This document shows positions 15,488 to 21,875 of a stretch of 21,875 bases of DNA, in pieces. Both the position numbers and the translations under genes were made by a program. A model generated the notes under the pieces. That model was not told where the DNA came from, did no database searches, and saw only the letters and a program-made list of their open reading frames with translations. Every line of letters begins with the position of its first letter. Position 1 is the first letter of the stretch. The DNA comes from Candidatus Electronema aureum (GTDB lineage Bacteria; Desulfobacterota; Desulfobulbia; Desulfobulbales; Desulfobulbaceae): assembly GCA_004284765.1 (NCBI GenBank), contig NQJD01000040.1:1-21875 (forward strand), written 5' to 3'.

Positions 15488-15819
15488 TGCGCGTTGTCAA
15501 CACCACCTTGAGCTTCCGCAAGGTTTTCCGCAAGTTCCTGAAGCCGTATCCGCATTTGCAAGAAGATTTCCTTCCGCTGCTGGAGCAGCTTGAACACGGC
15601 CCGCTGCCCGGCGTTCCTCTCGTTGGTTTTGCTGGAAAAATCTGGAAGGCCCGCCTTGCCTCGTCAGATCAGCGCAAAGGCAGAAGCGGCGGCTTCAGGC
15701 TGATCTATCTTACTGACGAGAAGGCGCAGGAGCTTTGGCTGCTGACGCTGTATGCAAAATCAGAGCAGACCGACATCCGCGCTGGCGAGATTCAGAAAAT
15801 TCTTGATTCGCTACCCTGA
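15487..15819 (+). CDS. RelE/ParE-superfamily toxin (HigB/RelE-like)
   Basis: 110-aa ORF. 'GKIWKARLASSDQRKGRSGGFRLIYL....LWLLTLYAKSEQTDI' matches the K(G/R)KSGG(Y/F)R(V/L)IY...YaKnE pattern of RelE-like addiction toxins. It is translationally coupled to the RHH gene. Confidence 0.75.
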   Translation: MRVVNTTLSFRKVFRKFLKPYPHLQEDFLPLLEQLEHGPLPGVPLVGFAGKIWKARLASSDQRKGRSGGFRLIYLTDEKAQELWLLTLYAKSEQTDIRAGEIQKILDSLP

Positions 15820-15888
15820 GTTGCAGTTGAGCAGCAGGGCAATTCCCCGCATGTTGACCATTTCAGTGCAAATGTTCCTTGTTGCAAC

Positions 15889-15969
15889 CTTCCCATGACC
15901 CAACGCAACATCCGCCTGCACGTCGCCTACGACGGCACAGACTTCTGCGGCTGCGGGCATACTCATTGA
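15889..15969 (+). pseudogene. Diverged 5' fragment of truA (includes core copy 2)
   Basis: 15889-15953 aligns by hand to 18025-18089 with 58/65 identities. It would encode MTQRNIRLHVAYDGTDFCG, compared with truA MSQRNIRLHIAYDGTGFCG. Homology then ends and a stop follows at 15967-15969. Confidence 0.8.
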
Positions 15970-15971
15970 CG

Positions 15972-16005
15972 AACAGCACTTTCTGCTGTTACTCTTGCAA
16001 GAGTA
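15972..16005. promoter_or_regulatory. Dyad symmetries upstream of brnT (candidate operator)
   Basis: AACAGCA-N5-TGCTGTT (15972-15990) abuts a perfect 16-bp palindrome TACTCTTGCAAGAGTA (15990-16005), 25 nt upstream of the brnT ATG. Confidence 0.5.
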
Positions 16006-16030
16006 AGATTGTTGTTTCTGCCGGGTGATT

Positions 16031-16327
16031 ATGAAACTTGTCTTTGAATGGAATGCGCAGAAGGCGCGGTCGAACGTGCAAAAGCACGGCATCAGCTTTG
16101 AGGAAGCCAAGACTGTCTTTGGTGATCCCTTACTTCTCACATATCCTGACGAGCTGCATTCGGAGAACGAGGAACGGTATATCAGCATAGGCCGATCTGG
16201 GTGCGGGCAGACTCTTCTTGTCGTGCATACCGAACAGGAGACCGAAAGAAAGCATGTAGTCCGCATCATCAGCAGTCGCAAAGCAACAAACCTTGAACGG
16301 GAAACGTATGAAAACGCAGAAGAGTAA
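16031..16327 (+). CDS. brnT: BrnT-family toxin (DUF497 ribonuclease)
   Basis: 'FEWNAQKARSNVQKHGISFEEAKTVFGDP', 'HSENEERYISIG' and '[16 protein letters not shown]' are hallmark BrnT/DUF497 motifs. I place the start at ATG 16031. Confidence 0.85.
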   Translation: MKLVFEWNAQKARSNVQKHGISFEEAKTVFGDPLLLTYPDELHSENEERYISIGRSGCGQTLLVVHTEQETERKHVVRIISSRKATNLERETYENAEE

Positions 16328-16583
16328 AACAGACCCGGACATGCTCCCGGAATACGATTTCAGCGGCAAAAAAGGTGTGCGCGGCAAGTATTATGATGCG
16401 TATCAGCAGGGTCATGCTGTCCGCGTGCGGCAGGAGGACGGAACTGTTATCACCCACTGTTTCACGCTGGAAGACGGAGCCGTGCTGCTGACACCGGACG
16501 TACGGGAGTATTTCCCTGACTCGGAGAGCGTCAACCGTGCCCTGCGCGGGCTGATTGCTCTGGTGCCGCATAAAGTGGTCTGA
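16308..16583 (+). CDS. BrnT-associated antitoxin (BrnA position; non-canonical, no obvious RHH)
   Basis: The gene overlaps the brnT 3' end. '[16 protein letters not shown]' and the C-terminal '[14 protein letters not shown]' are motifs I recognise from small antitoxin partners of DUF497 toxins. The start could be 16293, 16308 or 16341. Confidence 0.65.
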   Translation: MKTQKSKTDPDMLPEYDFSGKKGVRGKYYDAYQQGHAVRVRQEDGTVITHCFTLEDGAVLLTPDVREYFPDSESVNRALRGLIALVPHKVV

Positions 16584-16645
16584 TATTATTCTGTTATGTA
16601 ACCTTGCATCAAACCCAGCCACCCTTGAACGAAGAGGCCGCACTC

Positions 16646-16876
16646 ATGCAGACAGCCAAGCTATTTGTCAACGGACGCAGTCAAGCCGTCAGACTGCCCA
16701 GAGGATTCAAATTCAAAGGAACAGATGTCTTTATTCAGAAAGTGGGTGATTCTGTCATTCTATTTCCAAAGGACAAGGTTTGGGAAACGTTCCTCAGCGG
16801 TCTCAACAGGTTCACAGACGACTTCATGGAAAATGGACGCGAGCAGCCTGAGATGCAGGAACGGGATGAGCTGTAA
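16646..16876 (+). CDS. vapB: VapB antitoxin (AbrB/SpoVT fold)
   Basis: '[41 protein letters not shown]' is the canonical VapB N-terminus. The stop overlaps the vapC ATG as TAATG. Confidence 0.85.
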   Translation: MQTAKLFVNGRSQAVRLPRGFKFKGTDVFIQKVGDSVILFPKDKVWETFLSGLNRFTDDFMENGREQPEMQERDEL

Positions 16877-17271
16877 TGTACCTTCTTGACACGAACACGT
16901 GCATCTTCATCAAGAACCGGAAGCCTGTTCATGTCCTCGAACGGCTCCGAACTTCCCTCGACAAGGGTGTCTTTTTGTCAAGTGTTTCAGTTGCTGAGAT
17001 GCAGTATGGAGTTTACAACAGCAGCAACATCGAAAAGAACAGAATTGCCCTGACAGAGTTTCTTGCTCCCTTTGAGATTCTCAACTTCGATGATGCGGAT
17101 GCGGAATTATTTGGCAGGCTGCGTGCTGACCTTAAAAGCAAGGGGACGATCATTGGGGCGTATGACATGCTGATTGCAGCGCAGGCACTCGCCCGCAACC
17201 TCATCTTAGTCACCAACAATACAGGCGAGTTCAAAAGAATTGCTGGCCTCAAGCTGGAAGACTGGAAATAA
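16876..17271 (+). CDS. vapC: VapC PIN-domain toxin (enterobacterial VapC/MvpT-like type)
   Basis: '[11 protein letters not shown]', 'SVAEMQYG', 'GAYDMLIAAQA' and 'LVTNNTGEFKRIAGLKLEDW' place all four PIN acidic positions in the expected context. Confidence 0.9.
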   Translation: MYLLDTNTCIFIKNRKPVHVLERLRTSLDKGVFLSSVSVAEMQYGVYNSSNIEKNRIALTEFLAPFEILNFDDADAELFGRLRADLKSKGTIIGAYDMLIAAQALARNLILVTNNTGEFKRIAGLKLEDWK

Positions 17272-17498
17272 TCGATTGATAGGCTCTCGCCTCTACTTAT
17301 TCCCTTCCACTCTGCCGGGCTGAGAAAGGCAAGGTCGGAGCTGACCAACACGCTGCTCCATCCTTATAGCTGACGCAATAGTTCCGGTTTCTGACGCATC
17401 AGGCCCTTATATAAGCAATCGGCATAGTGTATTCTATCTCTTAGATCATGGGATGATATTGGTTCGTCCCGCCAACTGACCTTTCAAAGGAGTTTATC

Positions 17499-17627
17499 AT
17501 GACTAAGAAGATCGTTCTGTTTGCATCGCTTTGCTTGTTTGCTCTTAATTTAAGCGCAGCATTAGCGGAACCTACTGGAAGTGACACATGCCCAAGTGGA
17601 TGCCATGTAGGAGGAAGCGGTAAATAA
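17499..17627 (+). CDS. Small secreted Cys-containing peptide (42 aa), hypothetical
   Basis: This ORF is too short for the ORF track. An AAAGGAG RBS sits 7 nt upstream. The product is MTKKIVLFASLCLFALNLSAALA|EPTGSDTCPSGCHVGGSGK, with a clear signal-peptide pattern and an A-L-A cleavage motif. A strong terminator follows. Confidence 0.45.
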   Translation: MTKKIVLFASLCLFALNLSAALAEPTGSDTCPSGCHVGGSGK

Positions 17628-17689
17628 ACAGAAAAAACGGTGCAAAGGATAGGCTAATGACCTATTGTTTAGCAGCATCGTTTACCAAA

Positions 17690-17727
17690 CAGCCCGGATT
17701 TCATTCCATCCGGGCTGCCTTATTTTT
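17690..17727 (+). terminator. Rho-independent terminator
   Basis: CAGCCCGGAT (17690-17699) / ATCCGGGCTG (17708-17717) with an 8-nt loop, followed by CCTTATTTTT. Confidence 0.7.
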
Positions 17728-17756
17728 CAACATCCCCCCTCCCCACCAACGCACAC

Positions 17757-17848
17757 AAGTCCCTCGGACTTACCTACGTTAGTCCCAAAGACTTGTATAT
17801 ACAAGTCCGCCGGACTTATGCACGTAAGTCTTGCGGATTTATATACGT
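17757..17848. repeat. Four head-to-tail 23-bp repeats, each with an AAGTCC-N3-GGACTT dyad
   Basis: Units: AAGTCCCTCGGACTTACCTACGT / TAGTCCCAAAGACTTGTATATAC / AAGTCCGCCGGACTTATGCACGT / AAGTCTTGCGGATTTATATACGT. The period is exactly 23 bp. The array lies between a terminator and the truA-proximal promoter. Confidence 0.8.
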
Positions 17849-17869
17849 TCCTCCCCGCCACCTTTCCTC

Positions 17870-17898
17870 TTGACAGGCCGGGCCGCGCTCCGTATGCT
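17870..17898 (+). promoter_or_regulatory. Putative sigma70 promoter upstream of truA
   Basis: TTGACA (17870-17875), 17-nt spacer, TATGCT (17893-17898). Confidence 0.5.
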
Positions 17899-17968
17899 TG
17901 CCTTTTTAGTAAGGTAGAACCCCAATCCAGAGATTTCTCTCATTGATTCTGTCCGCATCAGAATAAAA

Positions 17969-18034
17969 AACATGAACGTGCTGAACGTCTTTGCCGAGGA
18001 CTGCGCCATCCGAGGAGCCGCCTTCTTCCCATGA
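17969..18034 (+). pseudogene. Diverged duplicate of the argC 3' end (includes core copy 3)
   Basis: 17990-18035 matches 14221-14266 at 43/46 by hand, with weaker homology back to about 17969. It encodes [21 protein letters not shown], compared with arg[22 protein letters not shown]. Its TGA overlaps the truA ATG as ATGA. Confidence 0.8.
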
Positions 18035-18852
18035 GCCAGCGCAACATTCGCCTGCACATCGCCTACGACGGCACTGGTTTCTGCGGCTGGCAGAAGCAGA
18101 AGAACGGGACGACCATTCAGGGGCTGCTGGAGGCCGCGCTTGCCCGCATCACCAAGGAGGCGACGGAGGTCAGCGGCGCGGGCCGCACGGATGCGGGCGT
18201 TCATGCAGAGGGAATGACCGCCAATTTCTATACGGGCGCGGCCATGCCAGCGGCAGCCTTTCAGCGGGCACTGAATTCCATGCTGCCCAAGGCGGTGCGC
18301 ATTCTTGAGGCCGCCGAGGCCGCGCCCGACTTCCACGCCCGCTTTTCCGCGCTCGGCAAAACCTACCGCTACGACTTCTTCACCGGCGCAGTGCAGCTGC
18401 CCGCCGAACGCCTTTACCGCGCCCACGCGCCCTGCGTCTTCATGCCGGAGCGCGTCCAGCCTTGTCTGGAACTGCTCATCGGCAGCCACGACTTCTCCAG
18501 CTTTGAGGCCGTTGGCACCCGCGACCGCAGCAAGACCGGGGGCCGGGGCGCAGTGCGCACCATCTTCCGCGCCGAATGCGTCGCCGATCCAGCCCGGCCT
18601 GAGCATTTTTCCTTCCGCTTCAGCGGCGACGGCTTTCTTCGCTGCATGGTGCGCAATCTGTCTGGAACCCTGATCTGGGCTGGCGCAGGCAAAGTAAGCT
18701 GCGAGCAGTTCGCCAGTATTCTTGCGGCAAAAGACCGCACACAGGCAGGCCCGACTGCCCAAGCTTGCGGGTTGTTCTTAGAGAAAGTGGATTACCGGGA
18801 CTGTTTTTTTAGCAAAGGACTGGTCTCCGGGAACAGCTTGGGGTGTGCTTGA
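18031..18852 (+). CDS. truA: tRNA pseudouridine(38-40) synthase TruA
   Basis: 273-aa ORF with 'IRLHIAYDGTGFCGWQKQ' and 'GAGRTDAGVHA' (catalytic Asp), plus the later 'FLRCMVRNL' motif. Confidence 0.93.
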   Translation: MSQRNIRLHIAYDGTGFCGWQKQKNGTTIQGLLEAALARITKEATEVSGAGRTDAGVHAEGMTANFYTGAAMPAAAFQRALNSMLPKAVRILEAAEAAPDFHARFSALGKTYRYDFFTGAVQLPAERLYRAHAPCVFMPERVQPCLELLIGSHDFSSFEAVGTRDRSKTGGRGAVRTIFRAECVADPARPEHFSFRFSGDGFLRCMVRNLSGTLIWAGAGKVSCEQFASILAAKDRTQAGPTAQACGLFLEKVDYRDCFFSKGLVSGNSLGCA

Positions 18853-19024
18853 GTCGCCACTAGCCGTCGGCAAAAAACAGTCCGCTTTGTCACTTTATAG
18901 CATACGCAGGTGGACTGAACTTTGCAATTTTACAGAAAAAATATCGCACAACTTGGATTAGATAATACTATTTGTTGCCAACATAGTCACGAATAATTTA
19001 AAAAGCGCAGTTCGGCAATCGCTG

Positions 19025-19063
19025 AAATAAAAAAGGGAATCAGCATAGAATACGCTGATTCCC
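19025..19063 (-). terminator. Rho-independent terminator after tRNA-Arg
   Basis: GGGAATCAGC (19035-19044) / GCTGATTCCC (19054-19063). On the minus strand the hairpin is followed by CTTTTTTATTTC. Confidence 0.7.
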
Positions 19064-19072
19064 TGAATTTCT

Positions 19073-19149
19073 TGGTGCGCCAAGCAGGATTCGAACCTGC
19101 GGCCTACGGCTTAGAAGGCCGTTGCTCTATCCAGCTGAGCTATTGGCGC
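19073..19149 (-). tRNA. tRNA-Arg (anticodon TCT), encoded CCA
   Basis: The reverse complement reads GCGCCAATAGCTCAGCTGGATAGAGCAACGGCCTTCTAAGCCGTAGGCCGCAGGTTCGAATCCTGCTTGGCGCACCA. The anticodon loop is CTTCTAA. Confidence 0.9.
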
Positions 19150-19200
19150 GGATGCGGCGGGATGAACCGAAAACAAATATACCGTGCCGGGCGGCGAAAA

Positions 19201-21552
19201 TCAACCCTGATTTCGAGCTGCCTTATCGCAGACCCGGCAGACTTCGTTCTGCTCCCAGACCGGGCCGCTGGCAGTGTCATGCACGGTCACGCCCCGGCGG
19301 AGCAGCTCAGAGCGGGCCTCATCAGCAGCGGCCCAGTCCTTGCGGCGGCGGGCTTCCTCACGCTGCTGAATCAGGCGGTTGATCTCTGGGGCTAAGGCGC
19401 ATTCGTCCAAGCGGAGGAAGCCCAGCACCAGATTCATCCGGCGCAGGCAGGCAAAAACTTCATTCTTCTGCGCCAAATCGAGCGAACCGGCAATCAGGGC
19501 CGGGTTGGCTTTCTTGATGAACTCGAACAGCGCGCCGATGGCCCCGGAAATATTGAGGTCATCATTCATTGCGGCGGTGAACTGCTCCTCCAGCTCGGCG
19601 GTGAGCTGGCTGATCAAGCGGTGCGGCAGGCCCGGCGGCAGGCAGAGCAGCTTGCGGGTGAATTCATCAATCCGTTTTAGGGCGTTGCGGAAGGCATCGA
19701 GCTTGCGGTAGCTGAACTCGATGGACTTGCGGTAATGCACGCCCACGAGCATGAAACGAATCTCGCGCCCGGTGTAGCCTTTGTCCAGCACCTCTTGCAG
19801 CGTGACCACGTTGCCGGATTCCTGCGCCATCTTCTTGCCGTTGTGCAGCAGCAGGCCGGAATGCAGCCAATACTGCGCCAGCGGCTTGCCGGTCAGCGAC
19901 TCGGCAATGGCGATCTCGTTCTCGTGATGCGGGAAAAGCAGCTCTTGGCCGCCGGTGTGAATGTCAATGGTCTCGCCGAGATGCCGGGTGGACATGGCCG
20001 TACATTCGATATGCCAGCCGGGCCGCACATTGCCCCAGTCGGTGGCGAAAAAGATGCCTTTCTTCAGCTCGCCAAGTGTGGAACGCTTGAGCAGGGTGAA
20101 ATCACGGGGATTGTCCTTGTCGTAGTTGTCGAGATCAACCGTGCAGCCGGTCTGTATCTTGCTCAGGTCAATCCCGGACAGCCGCCTATATCGCTTGAAC
20201 TTCGAGATGTCGAAATAGATCGAGCCGTGCTTCTCGTAGGCATAGCCCTTGTGAATCAGCTTGTGGGCGATGTCAATCATCTCGGCCACCTGCTCTGAGG
20301 CACGCGGATAGCCGGAGAAGTCGTTGATGCCGAGGATGCCCATGGCCTCGCGGAAAAGGGAAATATGGCGTTCGGTGAAGGCGGCCAGCGGCTGCCCGGC
20401 TTTCTCCGCGCCAGCAATGGTTTTGTCGTCCAGATCAGTGAAATTCATCAACGACTGCACCTCGAAGCCGCTGAAGCGGAGATGGCGGATCATCAAGTCC
20501 GCTGCTGCCATGCGGCGGCAGTGCGCCAAGTTCGGCGGCTCGCAGGCAGTGGGGCCGCAGGCGTAGAAGGTCACGCTCTTCGCATCCGCCGGTTTGAAGA
20601 TCTCCTTCTTGCGGCTCATTGAGTTGTGATAGCGGATTTTCCCCTCCAGGCTTTCCTCCTTCTCCTTGCGGACAAAGAGCGTCGTGCTCAGGTAGCGTTC
20701 GCCGCCGTCCGGGAATATCGCCACCACGTAACTGTCTTTCACCTTGGCCGCCTGCTCCATCGCTGCAAACATCGCCGCGCCAGAACTCATGCCGACCAGA
20801 AGACCTTCGCGCTGGGCCAGCAGCCGGGCGGTGCGGAAGGCATCCTCATCCGCCACGTTGACAATCTGATGCGGCAGCGTCTTGTCAAAGATCTCTGGGC
20901 GGTAGGACTCCTTCATGTTCTTGAGGCCCTGAATCTTGTGCCCGTAGTACGGCTCCACCGCGACCACCCGCACGTCCGGGTGATGCTCGCGGAACCAGCG
21001 CGACAGCCCCATCGCCGTGCCCGACGTGCCCAGCGTGGTGACGATGTGTGTCACCTTGCCCTCGCTCTGCCGCCAGATTTCCGGGGCCGTGCTCTTGCAG
21101 TGCGCCTGCCAGTTGGCCGGGTTGTTGAACTGGTCGGTGAGGAAGTACAGCTCCGGCTGCGCCAGGGCGAGGGAGTAGGCTTTCTCAATCGCGCCGTCGG
21201 TGCTGCGGCGGGCCGGAGTGAGGATAAGTTCCGCGCCGTAGGCCCGCATGATCTGCCGCCGCTCCATGCTCGCTGACTCCGGCATGACGAGGCAGCAGCG
21301 GTAGCCCTTGGCCGCGCAGACCATCGCCAAGCCGATGCCGGTGTTGCCGCTGGTGGCTTCGAGCACGATCTTGTCCGGGGTCAGCAGGCCGCTTTCCTCT
21401 CCGGTCTCGATCATGTTCAGCGCGGGCCGGTCTTTCACCGAGCCGCCGGGGTTCATGGCTTCGAGCTTGGCGAAGATCGCGCCGCCTTCAGGCGATGCCA
21501 GCCGCCGCAGCGGGACTATGGGCGTGTTGCCGATCAGGGAGAGGAGGTTCAT
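19201..21552 (-). CDS. Fusion protein: PLP-dependent cysteine synthase (CysK/CysM-like) + full-length cysteinyl-tRNA synthetase-like module with non-canonical HIGH/KMSKS motifs
   Basis: Continuous 783-aa ORF. The N-terminal ~300 aa carry 'IGNTPIVPL', 'NPGGSVKDR' (PLP Lys), 'TSGNTGIGLA' and 'GHKIQG'. The C-terminal ~470 aa align by eye to E. coli CysRS, with 'FYACGPT', 'RPGWHIECTAM', 'IHTGGQELLFPHHENEIA', 'DDLNISGA' and the C-terminal 'LIQQREEARRRKDWAAADEAR'. HIGH reads NLAH and KMSKS reads KMAQE. Confidence 0.85.
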   Translation of the reverse strand: MNLLSLIGNTPIVPLRRLASPEGGAIFAKLEAMNPGGSVKDRPALNMIETGEESGLLTPDKIVLEATSGNTGIGLAMVCAAKGYRCCLVMPESASMERRQIMRAYGAELILTPARRSTDGAIEKAYSLALAQPELYFLTDQFNNPANWQAHCKSTAPEIWRQSEGKVTHIVTTLGTSGTAMGLSRWFREHHPDVRVVAVEPYYGHKIQGLKNMKESYRPEIFDKTLPHQIVNVADEDAFRTARLLAQREGLLVGMSSGAAMFAAMEQAAKVKDSYVVAIFPDGGERYLSTTLFVRKEKEESLEGKIRYHNSMSRKKEIFKPADAKSVTFYACGPTACEPPNLAHCRRMAAADLMIRHLRFSGFEVQSLMNFTDLDDKTIAGAEKAGQPLAAFTERHISLFREAMGILGINDFSGYPRASEQVAEMIDIAHKLIHKGYAYEKHGSIYFDISKFKRYRRLSGIDLSKIQTGCTVDLDNYDKDNPRDFTLLKRSTLGELKKGIFFATDWGNVRPGWHIECTAMSTRHLGETIDIHTGGQELLFPHHENEIAIAESLTGKPLAQYWLHSGLLLHNGKKMAQESGNVVTLQEVLDKGYTGREIRFMLVGVHYRKSIEFSYRKLDAFRNALKRIDEFTRKLLCLPPGLPHRLISQLTAELEEQFTAAMNDDLNISGAIGALFEFIKKANPALIAGSLDLAQKNEVFACLRRMNLVLGFLRLDECALAPEINRLIQQREEARRRKDWAAADEARSELLRRGVTVHDTASGPVWEQNEVCRVCDKAARNQG

Positions 21553-21718
21553 CAGAACGAGGGTGGAAAGAGTTCGTGCGGGGGATGTGGGTTTAAGCGG
21601 TGATAGGATGCGCCTTGCTTGGCGGCATGTCTATATTTTTTTGAGAAGTCGGCAACCTAGTTTTTTTTCTCCGTACCTGACAGCTAATGCTTCTGTGATC
21701 TCATACCAGCCTTGGTGA

Positions 21719-21774
21719 TTGCCACTCCCATGATTAGCACCCAAACATGGGTAATGGTGAACCATGAGTGGCAA
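21719..21774 (-). other. Compact structured element in the putative 5' leader of the fusion gene
   Basis: A 9-bp outer stem TTGCCACTC (21719-21727) / GAGTGGCAA (21766-21774) encloses the hairpin ACCCA-AACA-TGGGT (21739-21752) and an alternative pairing CCCATG/CATGGG. It lies about 170-220 nt upstream of the ATG at 21552. Confidence 0.3.
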
Positions 21775-21875
21775 AGCGAACGGCTCCCTAAAAAACACAT
21801 TGAATTTACCATTAAAAACAATATAATATTGAAAAAGTTGACTTCCGACTTGGTCTCAGTTTTCAGAGGGCGAAT

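Larger units (their letters stand above)
14267..17968. mobile_element. Integrase-less genomic islet inserted at the argC|truA junction (module A 14267-15888, module B 15954-17968)
   Basis: The islet is bounded by repeats of the 11-bp core and by diverged partial copies of the truA 5' end (15889-15953) and the argC 3' end (17969-18034). Composition shifts sharply in module A. Cargo is an orphan gene plus three TA pairs. Confidence 0.6.

Noticed and set aside
17665-17946. The 93-aa ORF spanning the second repeat array.
   Set aside because: It begins inside a terminator hairpin and runs across the tandem repeats and a promoter. It has no RBS, and its Pro/Ser-rich translation has no recognisable motifs.
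18853-19024. The AT-rich ~170-bp spacer between truA and the tRNA-Arg terminator, considered as a possible sRNA or integration scar next to a tRNA.
   Set aside because: I could identify no promoter/terminator pair, no repeat of the tRNA 3' end and no ORF. The composition alone is not informative.
21553-21875. A T-box or known riboswitch in the leader of the CysK::CysRS-like gene.
   Set aside because: No match to the T-box consensus (AANNNGGGUGGNACCGCG) or to other riboswitch cores I can recall. I kept only a low-confidence note on the local structure.

Overview
This is an origin-proximal chromosomal window from a fairly GC-rich genome with Gram-negative-type features (lipobox lipoprotein, sigma70-like promoters). 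The lineage cannot be assigned from the sequence alone. Core genes are dnaA, tRNA-Leu(TAG), tig-clpP-clpX, a minus-strand lipoprotein-ttcA-DUF89-methyltransferase cluster, tRNA-Gly(GCC), rplM-rpsI-argC, truA, tRNA-Arg(TCT) and an unusual cysteine synthase::CysRS-like fusion gene. Two accessory patches interrupt this backbone. Patch 1 (about 5.2-9.6 kb, after clpX) holds a VapBC pair and a beta-helix gene remnant. It also holds a TIR-domain protein with an unassigned C-terminal domain, transcribed divergently from an HU-like/DUF4469-like protein across a 5 x 23-bp tandem repeat array, followed by a lower-GC methyltransferase. Patch 2 (14.27-17.97 kb) is an islet with no integrase, wedged into the argC|truA junction. 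It consists of two modules bounded by three copies of an 11-bp core and by diverged partial copies of the truA 5' end and the argC 3' end. Its cargo is a strongly AT-rich orphan gene with an HNH-like Cys motif, three back-to-back toxin-antitoxin pairs (RHH/RelE-like, BrnT/antitoxin, VapBC), a small secreted Cys-peptide ORF and a second 4 x 23-bp repeat array. The best candidates for undescribed biology are the TIR / repeat-array / HU-Ig locus, the AT-rich orphan gene within the recombination hotspot, and the CysK::CysRS-like fusion with degenerate HIGH/KMSKS motifs. All family assignments come from reading motifs by eye. No database search was run.
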